54,792 nucleotides of DNA from an uncultured beta proteobacterium (lineage in GTDB: Bacteria; Pseudomonadota; Gammaproteobacteria; Burkholderiales; Burkholderiaceae), in assembly GCA_903845455.1 (NCBI GenBank), contig CAIMXN010000304.1, forward strand, positions 1-54,792, given 5' to 3'. This document shows positions 54,357 through 54,792 of this stretch, piece by piece; the stretch's first letter is position 1, and the number at the start of each line of letters is the position of its first letter. The position numbers and the translations under genes were made by a program. The notes under the pieces are model-generated. The model was not told where the DNA came from. It searched no databases and was given only the letters and a program-made list of their open reading frames with translations.

Positions 54357-54792
54357 TGAACTGACCTTATTTTTAGTGCCACCCTAAAAGAGAGGATTTT
54401 TGATAATCTTCATCTTAAGGGAGTGGCATGTACCGATAAGCTGCTCTGGATAGCCCTACCAAACTACAGGCAGACCGCTCAGAGATGCAATACCAATCCA
54501 TGAGCAGTTGTGCTGCATTTTTACGCCTAGTGGGACTTAGAAGTTTCCCTTAATAACTTCCTTGAGCATGACTTCTCGTAGCGATAAGTCTGCTACGAGT
54601 TTCTTAAGCCGGGTATTTTCTAGTTCCAGATCTTTGTACTTCTTTGCCTGATTGACTTTCATACCGCCGTAGATCTTGCGCCAACGATAATAGCTTTACT
54701 CAACCGCACCCATTTCTTTACAAGCTTGAGCTAGGGTTTTGCCATTGGTGGTTAAAACATCGATTTGACGCAATAAGGTGACGATTTGCTCG
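54357..54792 (-). mobile_element. Degenerate IS3-family element (runs off the window end)
   Basis: OrfA reads EQIVTLLRQI...E*SYYRWRKIYGGM...LELENTRLKKLVADLSL...GNF with an internal TAA (54696-54698). G GGA AAC slippery site; OrfB LLSPTRR..ISERSACSLVGLSR stops at 54415-54417; possible terminus TGAACTGACC at 54357. Confidence 0.85.

Noticed and set aside
50960-54792. Integrase-type genomic island with att repeats at tRNA-Ser
   Set aside because: I saw no integrase and no duplicate of the tRNA 3' end in the window; either could lie beyond it.
1-54792. CRISPR array or rRNA
   Set aside because: No regularly spaced direct repeats or rRNA-like sequence were seen.

Overview
A 54.8-kb betaproteobacterial chromosomal segment. 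Gene style and the pgi/pgm/lhgO/tRNA-Ser backbone suggest Polynucleobacter or a related Burkholderiaceae genome (inference). About 45 kb is a surface-appendage and signalling block. It begins with the 3' end of a large secreted protein, followed by a CHASE2 adenylate cyclase divergent from an MBL-hydrolase/tandem-cNMP protein, an orphan PhnD-like binding protein coupled to a GGDEF cyclase, and an acyltransferase. A Tad/Flp pilus locus follows, with tadG separated from flp by three GT-C-like membrane proteins. Three single-domain PilZ paralogs and an atypical (Asp->Glu) LuxR response regulator flank the pilus genes. A self-contained type IVa pilus operon carries PilM-N and PilO-P fusions, a lipoprotein secretin and a PilY1 with an unusual N-terminal domain, and ends in a lytic transglycosylase and a cNMP-binding MscS channel. 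The window closes with pgm/algC, a mazEF pair, pgi, lhgO, tRNA-Ser(TGA), an AT-rich GT2/methyltransferase/GT-C cassette and a decayed IS3 element. The best candidate for an undescribed system is a two-pilus locus wired to both cAMP and c-di-GMP, with its own pilus glycosylation/acylation module. All family calls come from motifs read by eye; no database searches were run.
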